A program made the position numbers and the translations under genes. Under the pieces are notes generated by a model, which worked only from the letters and a program-made list of their open reading frames with translations, made no database searches and was not told where the DNA came from. Shown here one piece after another: positions 17,831-27,307 of a stretch of 64,000 bases of DNA; positions within the stretch are counted from its first letter, which is position 1, and each line of letters begins with the position of its first letter. Origin of the DNA: Thermodesulfobacteriota bacterium (lineage in GTDB: Bacteria > Desulfobacterota > BSN033 > UBA1163); assembly GCA_047519465.1 (NCBI GenBank), contig JAPVTA010000151.1, forward strand, positions 54,534-118,533, given 5' to 3'.

Positions 17831-18973
17831 TTACGAATTCATCCGATGCCCAGAGCACTTTCTTAGGATCTGTACGATTTTTTCCGCTGCCTTCCCGTCT
17901 CCAAATATCTTGTTTCCCTCAGGATGCCGACTCCGTAATTCTAAACGGTGGACCTCTCTCTGAATCCTCTTCCCCTCCGTTCCTGTCAATACATTCCACC
18001 CGCTCTTAATCGTCTCGACCCATTCGGTCTCCTGCCTTAAAGTAATACAAGGGACTCTTAGCCAATAAGCCTCTTTTTGAACTCCCCCCGAATCCGTCAG
18101 GATGGCCTTCGCATTTCTTTCGAGCGTGAGCATATCGAGATAGGATACTGGCTCAATGAATTTAATCTTATTGAATTCGGAGAAGAGATGAGAGACCTTG
18201 ATTTTCTTCTTTGTCCTTGGATGCAGCGGAAGGACGACAGGAGTTCCTTTCCCAATCTCATTTAAGGCTCTGCAGACGGATGTTAGCCTTCTTGGGTCGT
18301 CAGTATTCTCGGCGCGGTGGAGGGTGGCCAAGTAGTAACTCGCGCCTCGTGTCCCGTGTCTCGTGTCAAAACCCAAATGTTTAAGAATCCTTGATCTTTT
18401 CTCAGCTATTTTAGAATAATAAAGGATTGAATCGTACATCACATCGCCTACGTTTTTAACGACCTTTGTCCTCCTGTCTTTTATCCCTTCCATCGATAGA
18501 TTCCGAACAGCCAGGTAAGTGGGACAGAAGAGAAAAGTGGAAAGATGGTCCGTTAGAAGACGGTTGATCTCTTCTGGCATCGTCGGGCTATAGCTTCTCA
18601 AACCTGCCTCCACGTGGCCGATAGGAATCTTGAGTTTTGCCGCAGCCAAAGCCCCCGCCAGCGTCGAATTTGTATCACCATAAACAATGACCGCTTCAGG
18701 TCTTTCCTTTTGAAGCACCATCTCAATACGTTCGAGCATCTTCCCAGTCTGCCAGGCATGAGAGCCCGAACCCACCCCCAGATGGTAATCCGGCTTGGAA
18801 AGTTTAAGCTCTTCAAAAAAAACCTTATCCATCATGTAGTCGTAATGCTGCCCAGTATGGACCCAAATCTCCCGAATTCGTTTTCTTCCTCTATTTGACT
18901 TCTCGATTGCGCGATGGACCGCTCCCGCTTTGATAAATTGGGGTCTTGCGCCCACAACGGTCACAATCTTCAT
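17831..18973 (-). CDS. wecB: UDP-N-acetylglucosamine (or UDP-HexNAc-uronate) 2-epimerase, non-hydrolysing WecB/WbpI type
   Basis: The protein reads MKIVTVVGARPQFIK...HTGQHYD..M...FF.EL...PD..L.VGSGSH..QT......VYGDTNSTLAGALAA.K..IP..HVEAGLRS. The ATG at 18973 follows GAAGGA; the ORF-track start at 19051 adds 26 non-homologous aa. Confidence 0.85.
   Translation of the reverse strand: MKIVTVVGARPQFIKAGAVHRAIEKSNRGRKRIREIWVHTGQHYDYMMDKVFFEELKLSKPDYHLGVGSGSHAWQTGKMLERIEMVLQKERPEAVIVYGDTNSTLAGALAAAKLKIPIGHVEAGLRSYSPTMPEEINRLLTDHLSTFLFCPTYLAVRNLSMEGIKDRRTKVVKNVGDVMYDSILYYSKIAEKRSRILKHLGFDTRHGTRGASYYLATLHRAENTDDPRRLTSVCRALNEIGKGTPVVLPLHPRTKKKIKVSHLFSEFNKIKFIEPVSYLDMLTLERNAKAILTDSGGVQKEAYWLRVPCITLRQETEWVETIKSGWNVLTGTEGKRIQREVHRLELRSRHPEGNKIFGDGKAAEKIVQILRKCSGHRMNS
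18347..18367. repeat. Heptanucleotide tandem repeat (TCGTGTC CCGTGTC TCGTGTC) inside the epimerase CDS
   Basis: Three 7-nt units (21 nt, in frame) fall within the TRHGTRG stretch of ..LGFDTRHGTRGASYY... A related array lies at 20741-20767. Confidence 0.7.
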
Positions 18974-19130
18974 TCCTTCAACCTTCCCTTTGGAACATTC
19001 GCGTATAAGTCTCTGCGTTAAGGTTACGAAGCCAGTTTCGGATATGGTCAAAGGGTTACGGCTAAATAACCCAAAAAATGCAACGCTACCCTCTCATGAA
19101 ACGGGCATCCTTGCCACTACCCTCTGACCT

Positions 19131-19709
19131 CTATTTTTGAATCAACTTCACTCCGGCACGGTCTTTTTTATATCGCCTACCGCAGGCCTTACAGATTGCC
19201 TTTCCGGATCGGAAAGTAATCTCCTCAGCACATTCGCAGACCCATCCTTTCACTTTCCCCGGATTTCCATAAACCAATGCATAATCCGGGACCGCCTTGG
19301 TCACGACAGCACCGGCTCCAATAAAGGCGTATTGGCCAACCGTATTTCCACAGACCATTGTCACGTTGGCGCCAAGGGTCGCACCTTTTCTTACCAAAGT
19401 CTTCCGAAATTCTTTCTTTCTCGATATGAAGCTCCTGGGGTTGAAGACATTTGTAAAAACCATAGAGGGCCCACAAAAGACATCGTCTTCTAAGATGACT
19501 CCGTCAAAGATAGAGACATTGTTTTGAACCTTTATATTATTTCCCAAGACTGCACCTGAACCGATAAAGGCATTTTGACCGATGATGCAGTTCTCCCCAA
19601 TCCTTGCGCCCGACATGATGTGGGTGAAGTGCCAGATTTTTGTTCCCTTCCCAATCTCAACGGGCTCATCCACGACAGCCGTGGGATGGACAAAGTACTC
19701 CTTTTCCAT
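19131..19709 (-). CDS. LbH N-acetyltransferase, WbpD/WlbB-like (acts on 3-amino sugar nucleotides)
   Basis: The protein reads [42 protein letters not shown]... It has a C-terminal Cys cluster, CEC...CKAC. Confidence 0.7.
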   Translation of the reverse strand: MEKEYFVHPTAVVDEPVEIGKGTKIWHFTHIMSGARIGENCIIGQNAFIGSGAVLGNNIKVQNNVSIFDGVILEDDVFCGPSMVFTNVFNPRSFISRKKEFRKTLVRKGATLGANVTMVCGNTVGQYAFIGAGAVVTKAVPDYALVYGNPGKVKGWVCECAEEITFRSGKAICKACGRRYKKDRAGVKLIQK

Positions 19710-19712
19710 TCC

Positions 19713-20723
19713 TTATTCTCCTTCGAGGCGGACTGGAAACCCTTTCTTCTTCAAAGACTCCTGGGCAGCCATAAGAATTTTTACCACTCTGACTCCGTCC
19801 CTGCCCCCGGTTTTAGGCTCTTTCCTCGATTCGATGCTTTGGATGAAATGTTCTGCCTCAGCGCGGAGCGGCTCTGCTATCTTAATACTCGGAATAGTAA
19901 TATCTCCAAATCTCAAGCTGAGATATTCCCCATAGGTATCATAGGAGAGATTCCTAACCCCTTTGTCATAGATCTTCAGTTTCTCAGAAGCCTCCATATC
20001 ATCGAAGACCACCATCTTTTTTGAGCCCACGATGGTGATCCTTCTTAACTTGTGAGGATCCAGCCAGCTTAAATGAATATTACACATCTTGCCGTCAGAG
20101 AATTGAAGCCCGAGAAACACCACATCTTCAATCCCCCTTTGAATATAACTTTCTCCATGAGCGGTCACTGCAACGGGCTCTTCCTCGAGGAGGTACAGGA
20201 TGACGGATAAATCGTGGGGGGCAAAAGAAAGAAGGGCATTTTCATCCTGACGGATCACGCCGAGGTTAACTCTTTGCGTATAAATATAATAGATCCTTCC
20301 CAACTCACCCGACCCGACCATTTCCTTCAACCGATCGACGACAGGATGATAGATCAAGAGATGACCGACCATGAGGATTCTTTTCCTCTTCTTCGCGATC
20401 TCCAACATGTCTTCGGCATCTTTTGTATTCATGGCCATGGGTTTCTCTACCAACACATCTTTATCGGCTAACATCAATTCTTTTGAAAGAGGATAATGGG
20501 AGAGAGCTGAAGAAGCTACTACGACTCCTCTCACCTCTGGGTCCTGAAGGACGGGATTCAAATCCTCGACCATCTTCGTTTGGGGGTATATCTTCCCTAA
20601 TGGCAGCAATTTCGAAGGATCTTGATCACAGACATATTTTAGTCGAACATTGGGAACTTCGGAAAATACCCTGATGTGGTTCTTCCCCCATGCCCCAGCT
20701 CCCACCACAGCAACGTCAATCAT
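19713..20723 (-). CDS. Gfo/Idh/MocA-family NAD-dependent sugar-nucleotide 3-dehydrogenase (WbpB/GnnA-like)
   Basis: The N-terminal Rossmann fold reads IDVAVVGAGAWGKNHIRVF and is followed by EKPMA. The gene is adjacent to the WbpD-like acetyltransferase. Confidence 0.7.
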   Translation of the reverse strand: MIDVAVVGAGAWGKNHIRVFSEVPNVRLKYVCDQDPSKLLPLGKIYPQTKMVEDLNPVLQDPEVRGVVVASSALSHYPLSKELMLADKDVLVEKPMAMNTKDAEDMLEIAKKRKRILMVGHLLIYHPVVDRLKEMVGSGELGRIYYIYTQRVNLGVIRQDENALLSFAPHDLSVILYLLEEEPVAVTAHGESYIQRGIEDVVFLGLQFSDGKMCNIHLSWLDPHKLRRITIVGSKKMVVFDDMEASEKLKIYDKGVRNLSYDTYGEYLSLRFGDITIPSIKIAEPLRAEAEHFIQSIESRKEPKTGGRDGVRVVKILMAAQESLKKKGFPVRLEGE

Positions 20724-20740
20724 GGAACCTCCTCTCTAAA

Positions 20741-20767
20741 TCGTGTTTCGTGTCCGTGTCTCGTGAC
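20741..20767. repeat. Heptanucleotide-type tandem repeat (TCGTGTT TCGTGTC CGTGTC TCGTGAC), intergenic
   Basis: It lies directly upstream of the WbpB-like start and shares the 18-19-nt core TCGTGTCC(C)GTGTCTCGTG with 18347-18367. Confidence 0.7.
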
Positions 20768-20822
20768 CGGTAATACCCTCCAAATCCCTTTTAAAATTTG
20801 AGCTTTGCCATTTGACATTGGC

Positions 20823-21821
20823 TTATCTCCTTAACCCCATTCCTTCTGGGCACAACCTTAGATGCCACCAAAACAGATAGGCATAGATGGAGAGTTTTTT
20901 TCGCCAGCCCTTTACAATGAAGAAGGTCGCCAGAGAAGCCGCAGTCATCATCAGCAGTTCGAATACCAACCTGATTGACAACCCACTGAGAAGAATCAGC
21001 CACTGCAACCTCCCTCTATTTTTTTTGAAAAAATGGTAGCGAGAACGAAAATACTCAACCTTTGCCCTTTTTCTTTCTGCCTCAGCGCTCTTCCCTTGAA
21101 AATGATAGACTTCAGCCTGAGGGACATGATAGACCTTCCAGCTCGCCCTCTTGATGCGATAACACCAATCTGTTTCTTCGAGAAAAAGAAAATAGTCCTC
21201 ATCCAATAAACCCACTTGCTCTATTGCTTCTCTCCTGACCGCCATGCAGGCACCGATCACTGAATCCACTTCAACGGGTTCAGAATAGTCTCTCTCCTTT
21301 CCTGGAAACTTTTTCGGAAAAAGCCATCTCAGCAGACTCTTATTGAGGAGCTCCGTAGCCAAGGATGGGAAATTGGCGATAGAGCTCTGTTTCGACCCAT
21401 CTGAATTGAGCAGTTGCGCTCCTGCCACCCCGACATCGGTATGAGCATCCATAAATAAGGCTAATTGTTCAATGGCTCCATCCTTCACGTGTGTATCCGG
21501 ATTTAGAAGAAGGACATATTTCCCAGACGCTTTTCGAAGCCCCTGATTGACAGCCTTCGAAAATCCCAAGTTTTCCTGATTTTGGATGACGTGAACCGAA
21601 GGAAAGACCTTCTTCACTTCACTTCCGCTCTCATCGTAAGAGCCATTGTCCACTAAAATGACTTCCGAGCCCAGTCCCTGTCCCTTTTCAAAAATAGATG
21701 TCAGGCAAGGGAGAAGATATTCTTTCGTATTCCAACTGACGATGACAATGGATAAATCGATCAAGGCTTGATAACCTCCAAATACATCAGATCGCCAAAT
21801 CTTAACCGGTCCACCGCCCAA
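20823..21821 (-). CDS. Family 2 glycosyltransferase
   Basis: Motifs LSIVIVSWNTKEYLLPCLTSI....EVILVDNGSYDES and NPDT are present. A TTG at 21764, preceded by GGAGG and overlapping the upstream TGA, is an alternative start. Confidence 0.85.
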   Translation of the reverse strand: MGGGPVKIWRSDVFGGYQALIDLSIVIVSWNTKEYLLPCLTSIFEKGQGLGSEVILVDNGSYDESGSEVKKVFPSVHVIQNQENLGFSKAVNQGLRKASGKYVLLLNPDTHVKDGAIEQLALFMDAHTDVGVAGAQLLNSDGSKQSSIANFPSLATELLNKSLLRWLFPKKFPGKERDYSEPVEVDSVIGACMAVRREAIEQVGLLDEDYFLFLEETDWCYRIKRASWKVYHVPQAEVYHFQGKSAEAERKRAKVEYFRSRYHFFKKNRGRLQWLILLSGLSIRLVFELLMMTAASLATFFIVKGWRKKLSIYAYLFWWHLRLCPEGMGLRR

Positions 21822-22744
21822 AAAATGGGACGAAGAAGAAACCTTAGAAAACGACTATCCGCTATGGGCCGAGGTACTTGAAACACGGCACCCTGATCGT
21901 ATCGGTCGTTTATCCAATATTGAAGACTCACCGAGAAATTCCTCTTTGTAGAATCGAACCAGAGGGCATTAATCTTCAGATCCAATGTGGAAAGAAGCTT
22001 TTGAATCGTCTTCGGAGTAAAGGAAAACAGGTGTCGGGGAACATCCAAACTGAACCACCACTTGCCGAACAGCCGGTAGTTTAAGCTCCTTGCATTCTGA
22101 ACAGAGATATAAATTCGACCTCTTGGCATGAGGATCCTCTTGATCTCAAGAAGGATTTCTTTCGGGTTGGGAAGGTGCTCCAGTACAAAACTCATCCTGA
22201 CCACGTGGAAGAAATGATCGGGATAATTTGCTTCACGGAGGTCTCCGGTGAAAACAGAAAGCCCCTTTGACCTGGCCCGGCCGGAGGCTTCGGCGTCGAT
22301 CTCGACTCCGTATACTTGCCAACCCATCAATTTCAACTTATAAAGCTCTGTTCCGTTCCCGCACCCTATATCCAGAAGCCTTCCACCCTCTACGAAGGGA
22401 ATGGAATGCCGATACCTAATTCGAAATGGGAGGAGGACGATTTTTTTAAAGAGATGTCTATTCTTCTGCAAATTGGAATAACACCCATATCCCCAATAGG
22501 TCTCCAATGCCTTTCTCCTGAACCACGAATAATCTCTGTAATGGGAGGGATCGGGGGTATAGTAATCTCTTGGATAATACGCTTTCAGCTCCTCCGGCTC
22601 AGGTTGAGGGTTGATAAAGATGAGACCGCATTCCCGGCACTGCACCATCTTAAACCTGCCGGGAACTCCGTAGAGCCGGTCCCATCCTTCAAAAAGAAAG
22701 CGATGTTGATCAGACCCGCAAACTTCACAAGGAATCGTTTTCAC
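21761..22744 (-). CDS. SAM-dependent methyltransferase with an N-terminal zinc-ribbon (paralog of 10636-11604)
   Basis: The N-terminus reads CEVCG...VQCRECGLIFINPQP, followed by LLDIGCGNGTEL and VVRMSFVLEHL. Confidence 0.8.
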   Translation of the reverse strand: MKTIPCEVCGSDQHRFLFEGWDRLYGVPGRFKMVQCRECGLIFINPQPEPEELKAYYPRDYYTPDPSHYRDYSWFRRKALETYWGYGCYSNLQKNRHLFKKIVLLPFRIRYRHSIPFVEGGRLLDIGCGNGTELYKLKLMGWQVYGVEIDAEASGRARSKGLSVFTGDLREANYPDHFFHVVRMSFVLEHLPNPKEILLEIKRILMPRGRIYISVQNARSLNYRLFGKWWFSLDVPRHLFSFTPKTIQKLLSTLDLKINALWFDSTKRNFSVSLQYWINDRYDQGAVFQVPRPIADSRFLRFLLRPIFWAVDRLRFGDLMYLEVIKP

Positions 22745-22795
22745 TTCTCAAGCCGCTTTTTCTCCTAAAATAATCGGGGGCACTTCCTCCTCCGC

Positions 22796-23806
22796 TCAAA
22801 CTTTTTTGTGCGAGACCTTTTGCACCAGCCGCTCCAAGACAGAGAAGAAGCGGGGTGCGCAGACCTGATCCGTATAGTCTCTCATAACCCTCTTCCTCCC
22901 CTCGCGGCCCATCTGCTCTCGCAACCCCGGATTTTCGATGAGGAGGGAGAGCTTTTCTTCCCATTCCTCAGGGGTGATGGCCCACAATCCATTGGTCCCG
23001 TCTTCCACCAAATCCTTGTTGATTCCCACAGGGGTACAGACCACGGGGACACCTACTCCCTGGTATTGGATAATCTTGAGGCCGCATTTCCCCCATGACC
23101 ACGGATCATCAACGAGAGGCATTAGCCCGATATCAAACCCCTGAAGATCAGCCACCTCTTCCTCTGGCTTCCAGTTTTTCTTTACGACCTTCATCCGGTC
23201 ACAGTCGAAAAAAGTGTCACAGACAATCTTCAGCTCCACCTGAGGATATCGCTCACCCAACCTTTCGAAAATAGGCCTCATCTTCTCCAAATAATGAATG
23301 GACCCGTGATCTCCGATCCACCCAAGGGTCACTTTTCCCCGCTCAACTGGATACGTTTTCAACGGATATCTCTGTTGACTAATCGCCGTGGGGATGACCT
23401 CGACATTTTGATTCAACGGAAGTACTTGGCTCTTCAAAAATTCATTTCCGGCAATGACGAAATCAGAGTTCTTGATCATCTGGACAAAACGCCTTCTACG
23501 GGTTGAAGAAAACGGGTCTTTGGCCTTTGAGTTTCGATACATCACGGAATCATCAAAATCATAAACGATCCTTTTCGCCTTTCTTCTCAACAGCCCAAGG
23601 CGAGGCTGGCTGAACCTTTTTCTTTGAAGAAAAACAATATCGTATCGGGAGAGATCGTTAAAGAATCGAAAATTCTCTTTCAGGGTCCTGGGATAGAGGC
23701 TGACCTCGGTCTCCACCCCTTTGGACTGTAAATAGGGAATGTATTGAAGCACCCGATACCGACTGGTGGCCACTGAAAAACCTTGAATCAGAAAGAGAAC
23801 CTTCAT
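22796..23806 (-). CDS. GT-B fold glycosyltransferase (GT4-like), tandem paralog A
   Basis: The protein reads MKVLFLIQG...GLMPLVDDPWSWGKCGLKIIQYQGVGVPVVCTPVGINKDLVEDGTNGLWA. The ATG at 23806 is chosen by alignment with paralog B; the ORF-track start is 23866. Confidence 0.75.
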   Translation of the reverse strand: MKVLFLIQGFSVATSRYRVLQYIPYLQSKGVETEVSLYPRTLKENFRFFNDLSRYDIVFLQRKRFSQPRLGLLRRKAKRIVYDFDDSVMYRNSKAKDPFSSTRRRRFVQMIKNSDFVIAGNEFLKSQVLPLNQNVEVIPTAISQQRYPLKTYPVERGKVTLGWIGDHGSIHYLEKMRPIFERLGERYPQVELKIVCDTFFDCDRMKVVKKNWKPEEEVADLQGFDIGLMPLVDDPWSWGKCGLKIIQYQGVGVPVVCTPVGINKDLVEDGTNGLWAITPEEWEEKLSLLIENPGLREQMGREGRKRVMRDYTDQVCAPRFFSVLERLVQKVSHKKV

Positions 23807-23854
23807 ATTACATTCCCCGCACATGGAATACTGGGAAGGTGGAATAGGCATGCC

Positions 23855-23909
23855 GTAGGGGCTCAATTCATTGAGCCCTATTAATGGGCTTGATAAATCA
23901 AGCCCCTAC
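23855..23909. repeat. Twin 20-bp perfect palindromes between the two GT4 paralogs
   Basis: GGGCTCAAT-tc-ATTGAGCCC lies at 23859-23878 and GGGCTTGAT-aa-ATCAAGCCC at 23886-23905. They are bracketed by complementary GTAGGGG / CCCCTAC. Confidence 0.85.
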
Positions 23910-23914
23910 CATTT

Positions 23915-24913
23915 TCAACACCGACCAAGGCCTTGGAGAACTTGAAAGAACTTTTCAGAAGCGACCGCCAAGGAGTATTCCCGTTCCACCGTCACTATTC
24001 CCTTTAGCCCCATTCGGTGCCTGAGCTCCTGATTTTGTATAAGGTCTGATAAACGATCCACCCATTCTTGATAATTCGTCGCCCAAAAACCATTCTCCCC
24101 GTTTTGAACAATATCCGAATTGATTCCCACGGGTGTGCAGACGACGGGTACTCCAACACTGAGATATTGGATGATCTTCAATCCGCATTTTCCTCTCGAC
24201 CATAGATCATCGTCGAGGGGCATCAGCCCGATGTCGAAGGAGATCAGATCCTCGTTCTCATCTTCCAATTTCCACATTTTCTTGACGACAGGAAGGTGCA
24301 TGGAGTCATAAAAATCATTGCTCACGATCTTTAACTTGACCCGTGGAAATCGTTGGCGTAGGGTCTCAAAAACAGGTTCCAATTTTCTGAGGTACTTCAG
24401 GTTTCCCTTGGTTCCAATCCATCCTAAAATGACCTCCTCACGGTTAGAGATTTTCTTCTTTTTTGGATAGAGATTCGTATCGATGGAGGTGGGAATGACA
24501 AAGACCTTTTTCTCCGGATCCACTTTCAGGACTCGGTTCTTTAAAAACTGGTTCCCTACTGTCACGACATCGCTTCCTTTCACCATCGATCTGAATTTCA
24601 GCCACCTGGATAGAGAATGAGGGTGAGGAGAACCGGAAGACCTGTACATAACCGCATCATCGAGATCGAACAGGATCTTCGAGGACTTTCTGCGGATCCA
24701 ATAAAACTCGAAAGGAGACAATAGTCTCCTTTGAATACAGACCACATCGAACAGGGGAAGCTGCCGGTAAAGGGCCAACCGCCGTTCATTCCATGAACCG
24801 GAGAGGGGTTGCCACTTCGGTTCCACCCGCTGAGCGATCAGGTAGGGGAAATACTGTTCCACCCGGAACCGATGGCCCTGATCACTCGAATGGGTGAGGA
24901 AAATGATTTTCAT
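23915..24913 (-). CDS. GT-B fold glycosyltransferase (GT4-like), tandem paralog B
   Basis: The protein reads MKIIFLTHS...GLMPLDDDLWSRGKCGLKIIQYLSVGVPVVCTPVGINSDIVQNGENGFWA. Confidence 0.75.
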   Translation of the reverse strand: MKIIFLTHSSDQGHRFRVEQYFPYLIAQRVEPKWQPLSGSWNERRLALYRQLPLFDVVCIQRRLLSPFEFYWIRRKSSKILFDLDDAVMYRSSGSPHPHSLSRWLKFRSMVKGSDVVTVGNQFLKNRVLKVDPEKKVFVIPTSIDTNLYPKKKKISNREEVILGWIGTKGNLKYLRKLEPVFETLRQRFPRVKLKIVSNDFYDSMHLPVVKKMWKLEDENEDLISFDIGLMPLDDDLWSRGKCGLKIIQYLSVGVPVVCTPVGINSDIVQNGENGFWATNYQEWVDRLSDLIQNQELRHRMGLKGIVTVEREYSLAVASEKFFQVLQGLGRC

Positions 24914-25554
24914 CTTGTGCCTTTCGACTTCTTCTCTGCAACCACCAAAATGGACTTGGCGAAGTCGATGCCCAAATATCGGTGAAGTGGAGACGTCACA
25001 TAAACCCTGAAGAGATAACGGTGGAACGCATCATTATAGGTTCGATACATCGCCTTGATTTGAAAATCATGGGCGAGGAGGAGACCACCCAGCTCATCAT
25101 AACAATAGGCCACCTTATGCGTTGCATCCCTCCAAAACCGGCTGGGATTGAACACATTGGGAGTGGTCAGGATCAATCGTCCTCCCTCGTTGAGAAGATC
25201 ATGAATCTTCTTAATAAGCTGAACCCCTTCTTCAAGGCTCAGATGTTCGATGACCTCAAAAAGAAAAACAACGTCAAAAGACTCTTGAATCTCCTCCAGG
25301 CTGTAAAAGTCGTGTACCACTTCTCGATCAATATCCATGCTCTTATAGATTAATTTGGGGAAATGGCATCTCAAGCGCTCCTGAAGATTTCGGTTCGAGG
25401 CTCCGAGGTCAAGGATCTTTTCTCCATCCCGAATATTTTGCACCATTAAAGGAAATCTCTTCCGGAGGATCTTCAAAGCCCAGATGTCAGGGTACCTTTT
25501 GTGAATTCTCCCGCGGTACTCGAACATTTTGCTCCACGAGACCCTTTCACTCAT
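24910..25554 (-). CDS. Class I SAM-dependent methyltransferase (degenerate motif I)
   Basis: Motifs ILDLGASNRNL, MDID, VVFLFEVIEHL and GGRLILTTPN are present. Confidence 0.6.
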   Translation of the reverse strand: MSERVSWSKMFEYRGRIHKRYPDIWALKILRKRFPLMVQNIRDGEKILDLGASNRNLQERLRCHFPKLIYKSMDIDREVVHDFYSLEEIQESFDVVFLFEVIEHLSLEEGVQLIKKIHDLLNEGGRLILTTPNVFNPSRFWRDATHKVAYCYDELGGLLLAHDFQIKAMYRTYNDAFHRYLFRVYVTSPLHRYLGIDFAKSILVVAEKKSKGTR

Positions 25555-26122
25555 CGACTTTCACCCACTGTTTGAGATCAAAATCGTATCGCTTAATCAC
25601 TCTTGCCGGAGCCCCGACCGCTACGGAATAAGGTGGGATATCGCTGTTAACGACGGAGTTTGCTCCGATAACAGCATGACGGCCGATCGTAACGTTAGGG
25701 AAGACAAATACGTTCGCTCCGATCCAGCAATCCCTTTCTATCCGAACGGGTCCCCCTTCCGATACTTCTTGTAACTTGACAGGAATCTCCACATTCTCGT
25801 ATTGATGAGAATGATCTACAATGATCACCCCCGGACCCAACAAAACATTTTCTTCTATCACAACACTGTTTCTTACAGCGATGATATTATAATTTCCTAT
25901 GTGGACATCATTGCCAATTTTTAAAATGAATTCCTTCGAATCTCGATGTTTCGGATGGACGTAAATGTCTGCATTCTTTCCAATTCTGACATTGTCCCCA
26001 AGGGAGATAAGTCGAGGCCTAACAATTTGGCCCCCTGGCCGGATATAAACATTCCTGCCACAATGTCCAAATAGCAGCTTGTTCTTTATATTTTTTAGAT
26101 ATCTCCAGACTCTCTTTTTCAC
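25547..26122 (-). CDS. Hexapeptide-repeat (LbH) acetyltransferase
   Basis: Hexapeptide repeats are visible, and the C-terminus IGANSVVNSDIPPYSVAVGAPARVIKRY parallels that of the 6700-7299 product. Confidence 0.8.
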   Translation of the reverse strand: MKKRVWRYLKNIKNKLLFGHCGRNVYIRPGGQIVRPRLISLGDNVRIGKNADIYVHPKHRDSKEFILKIGNDVHIGNYNIIAVRNSVVIEENVLLGPGVIIVDHSHQYENVEIPVKLQEVSEGGPVRIERDCWIGANVFVFPNVTIGRHAVIGANSVVNSDIPPYSVAVGAPARVIKRYDFDLKQWVKVDE

Positions 26123-26137
26123 AACCTTCTCATACCT

Positions 26138-27307
26138 TCAATTTCTACTGGCAGAATACTTCCCCAGGATATTTCTGATCTCCTCCCAGTTTCTCTCAAG
26201 CGAATAGGATTCTGCCAAATGACGGGCGGCAATCGAAGCCGTCGTTAGCTTCTCACGGTTCAAAAAAAACAGAATCTTCCCTCCCAAGGCTCGATCATCT
26301 CGGGGGTCGGAAATGACAAAACCCTCTTGGCCTTGGGTGATAATCCCACTGGCCCCATTATAGCGAGTGGTGATCACCGGAACTCCGCTCGCCAATGCCT
26401 CTAACACGGCGAGCGAACAGGCGTCATAAAAGGTCGGGTGGACGAGAAGATCCGACGCCCCATAATATTTTTCTGGTTCTTTCGTGGAGCCAGCAAAAAT
26501 CACTTCTTCGAGCATTCCCACATCCTTGGCCAAACTTAAGTAAGAATCTTGACGATCTCTTCCCAGAACAAGAAGTTTGAAAGGAGACGGTCCTTCTTTC
26601 TTGATTTTAGCTAATACCTTGATCAGGAAACCCAGCCCTTTCATCCGAAAATTATTTGAGACAAAGAGGATTACCAGCTCCTCTGCCCCGATACCGTGCC
26701 GGCCTCTGATCTCGCCTCGATATTGACGATTCCTCGGATGGAAGCGTTCAACATCGACCCCGTTATAAACCACGGCAATCCTTTCCTCCGGGATACGATA
26801 CCAACGCATCATGTCCTGTTTCACCAAGTCGGAAATGGCAATGATTGCTCGAAAGCGATTCCCTTGATAAGGAGCGTCCTCAACCCAACCGCTCACCCAT
26901 TGTTTCGGGCTGAAGATTCTCCCCAAAACTTTTGTCGTCCAAAGAATTGGATGGTCATAAGCGCCGAGGCTTCGCCAGAACCACGCCCAATGTACCCCTC
27001 CATGGGGTTGAAGAACATCCGCCTTGAGCGTATTTCCCACGCCGAAGGTAATGTCATAATTTCCATTCTCTATTGCTTTCGTCGCCCTGATCGCAAAAGA
27101 GAGAAGTCGAAGACTCCTTGGAAATGAGATAGTCTTGACGGAATGGAAAAACATCCTCGGGTCTTCTTCATCCCGGTGCTCTGCATAGACATGGACCTCG
27201 TAGCCCTCCGCCGCCATTCGACCGCATAAGTCAACCAAGTATCTTTCAGCTCCTCCCCTCTTTTTAGAGAAATCCCGAAGCCCTATGGCAAACCTTATCT
27301 TTTTCAT
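26138..27307 (-). CDS. GT4 glycosyltransferase (WaaG/RfaG-like)
   Basis: The motif ..HPTFYDACSLAVLEALASGVPVITT..GASGII..G.EGFV. matches the E-x7-E region. The ATG at 27307 overlaps the upstream TAA (TAATG). Confidence 0.8.
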   Translation of the reverse strand: MKKIRFAIGLRDFSKKRGGAERYLVDLCGRMAAEGYEVHVYAEHRDEEDPRMFFHSVKTISFPRSLRLLSFAIRATKAIENGNYDITFGVGNTLKADVLQPHGGVHWAWFWRSLGAYDHPILWTTKVLGRIFSPKQWVSGWVEDAPYQGNRFRAIIAISDLVKQDMMRWYRIPEERIAVVYNGVDVERFHPRNRQYRGEIRGRHGIGAEELVILFVSNNFRMKGLGFLIKVLAKIKKEGPSPFKLLVLGRDRQDSYLSLAKDVGMLEEVIFAGSTKEPEKYYGASDLLVHPTFYDACSLAVLEALASGVPVITTRYNGASGIITQGQEGFVISDPRDDRALGGKILFFLNREKLTTASIAARHLAESYSLERNWEEIRNILGKYSASRN

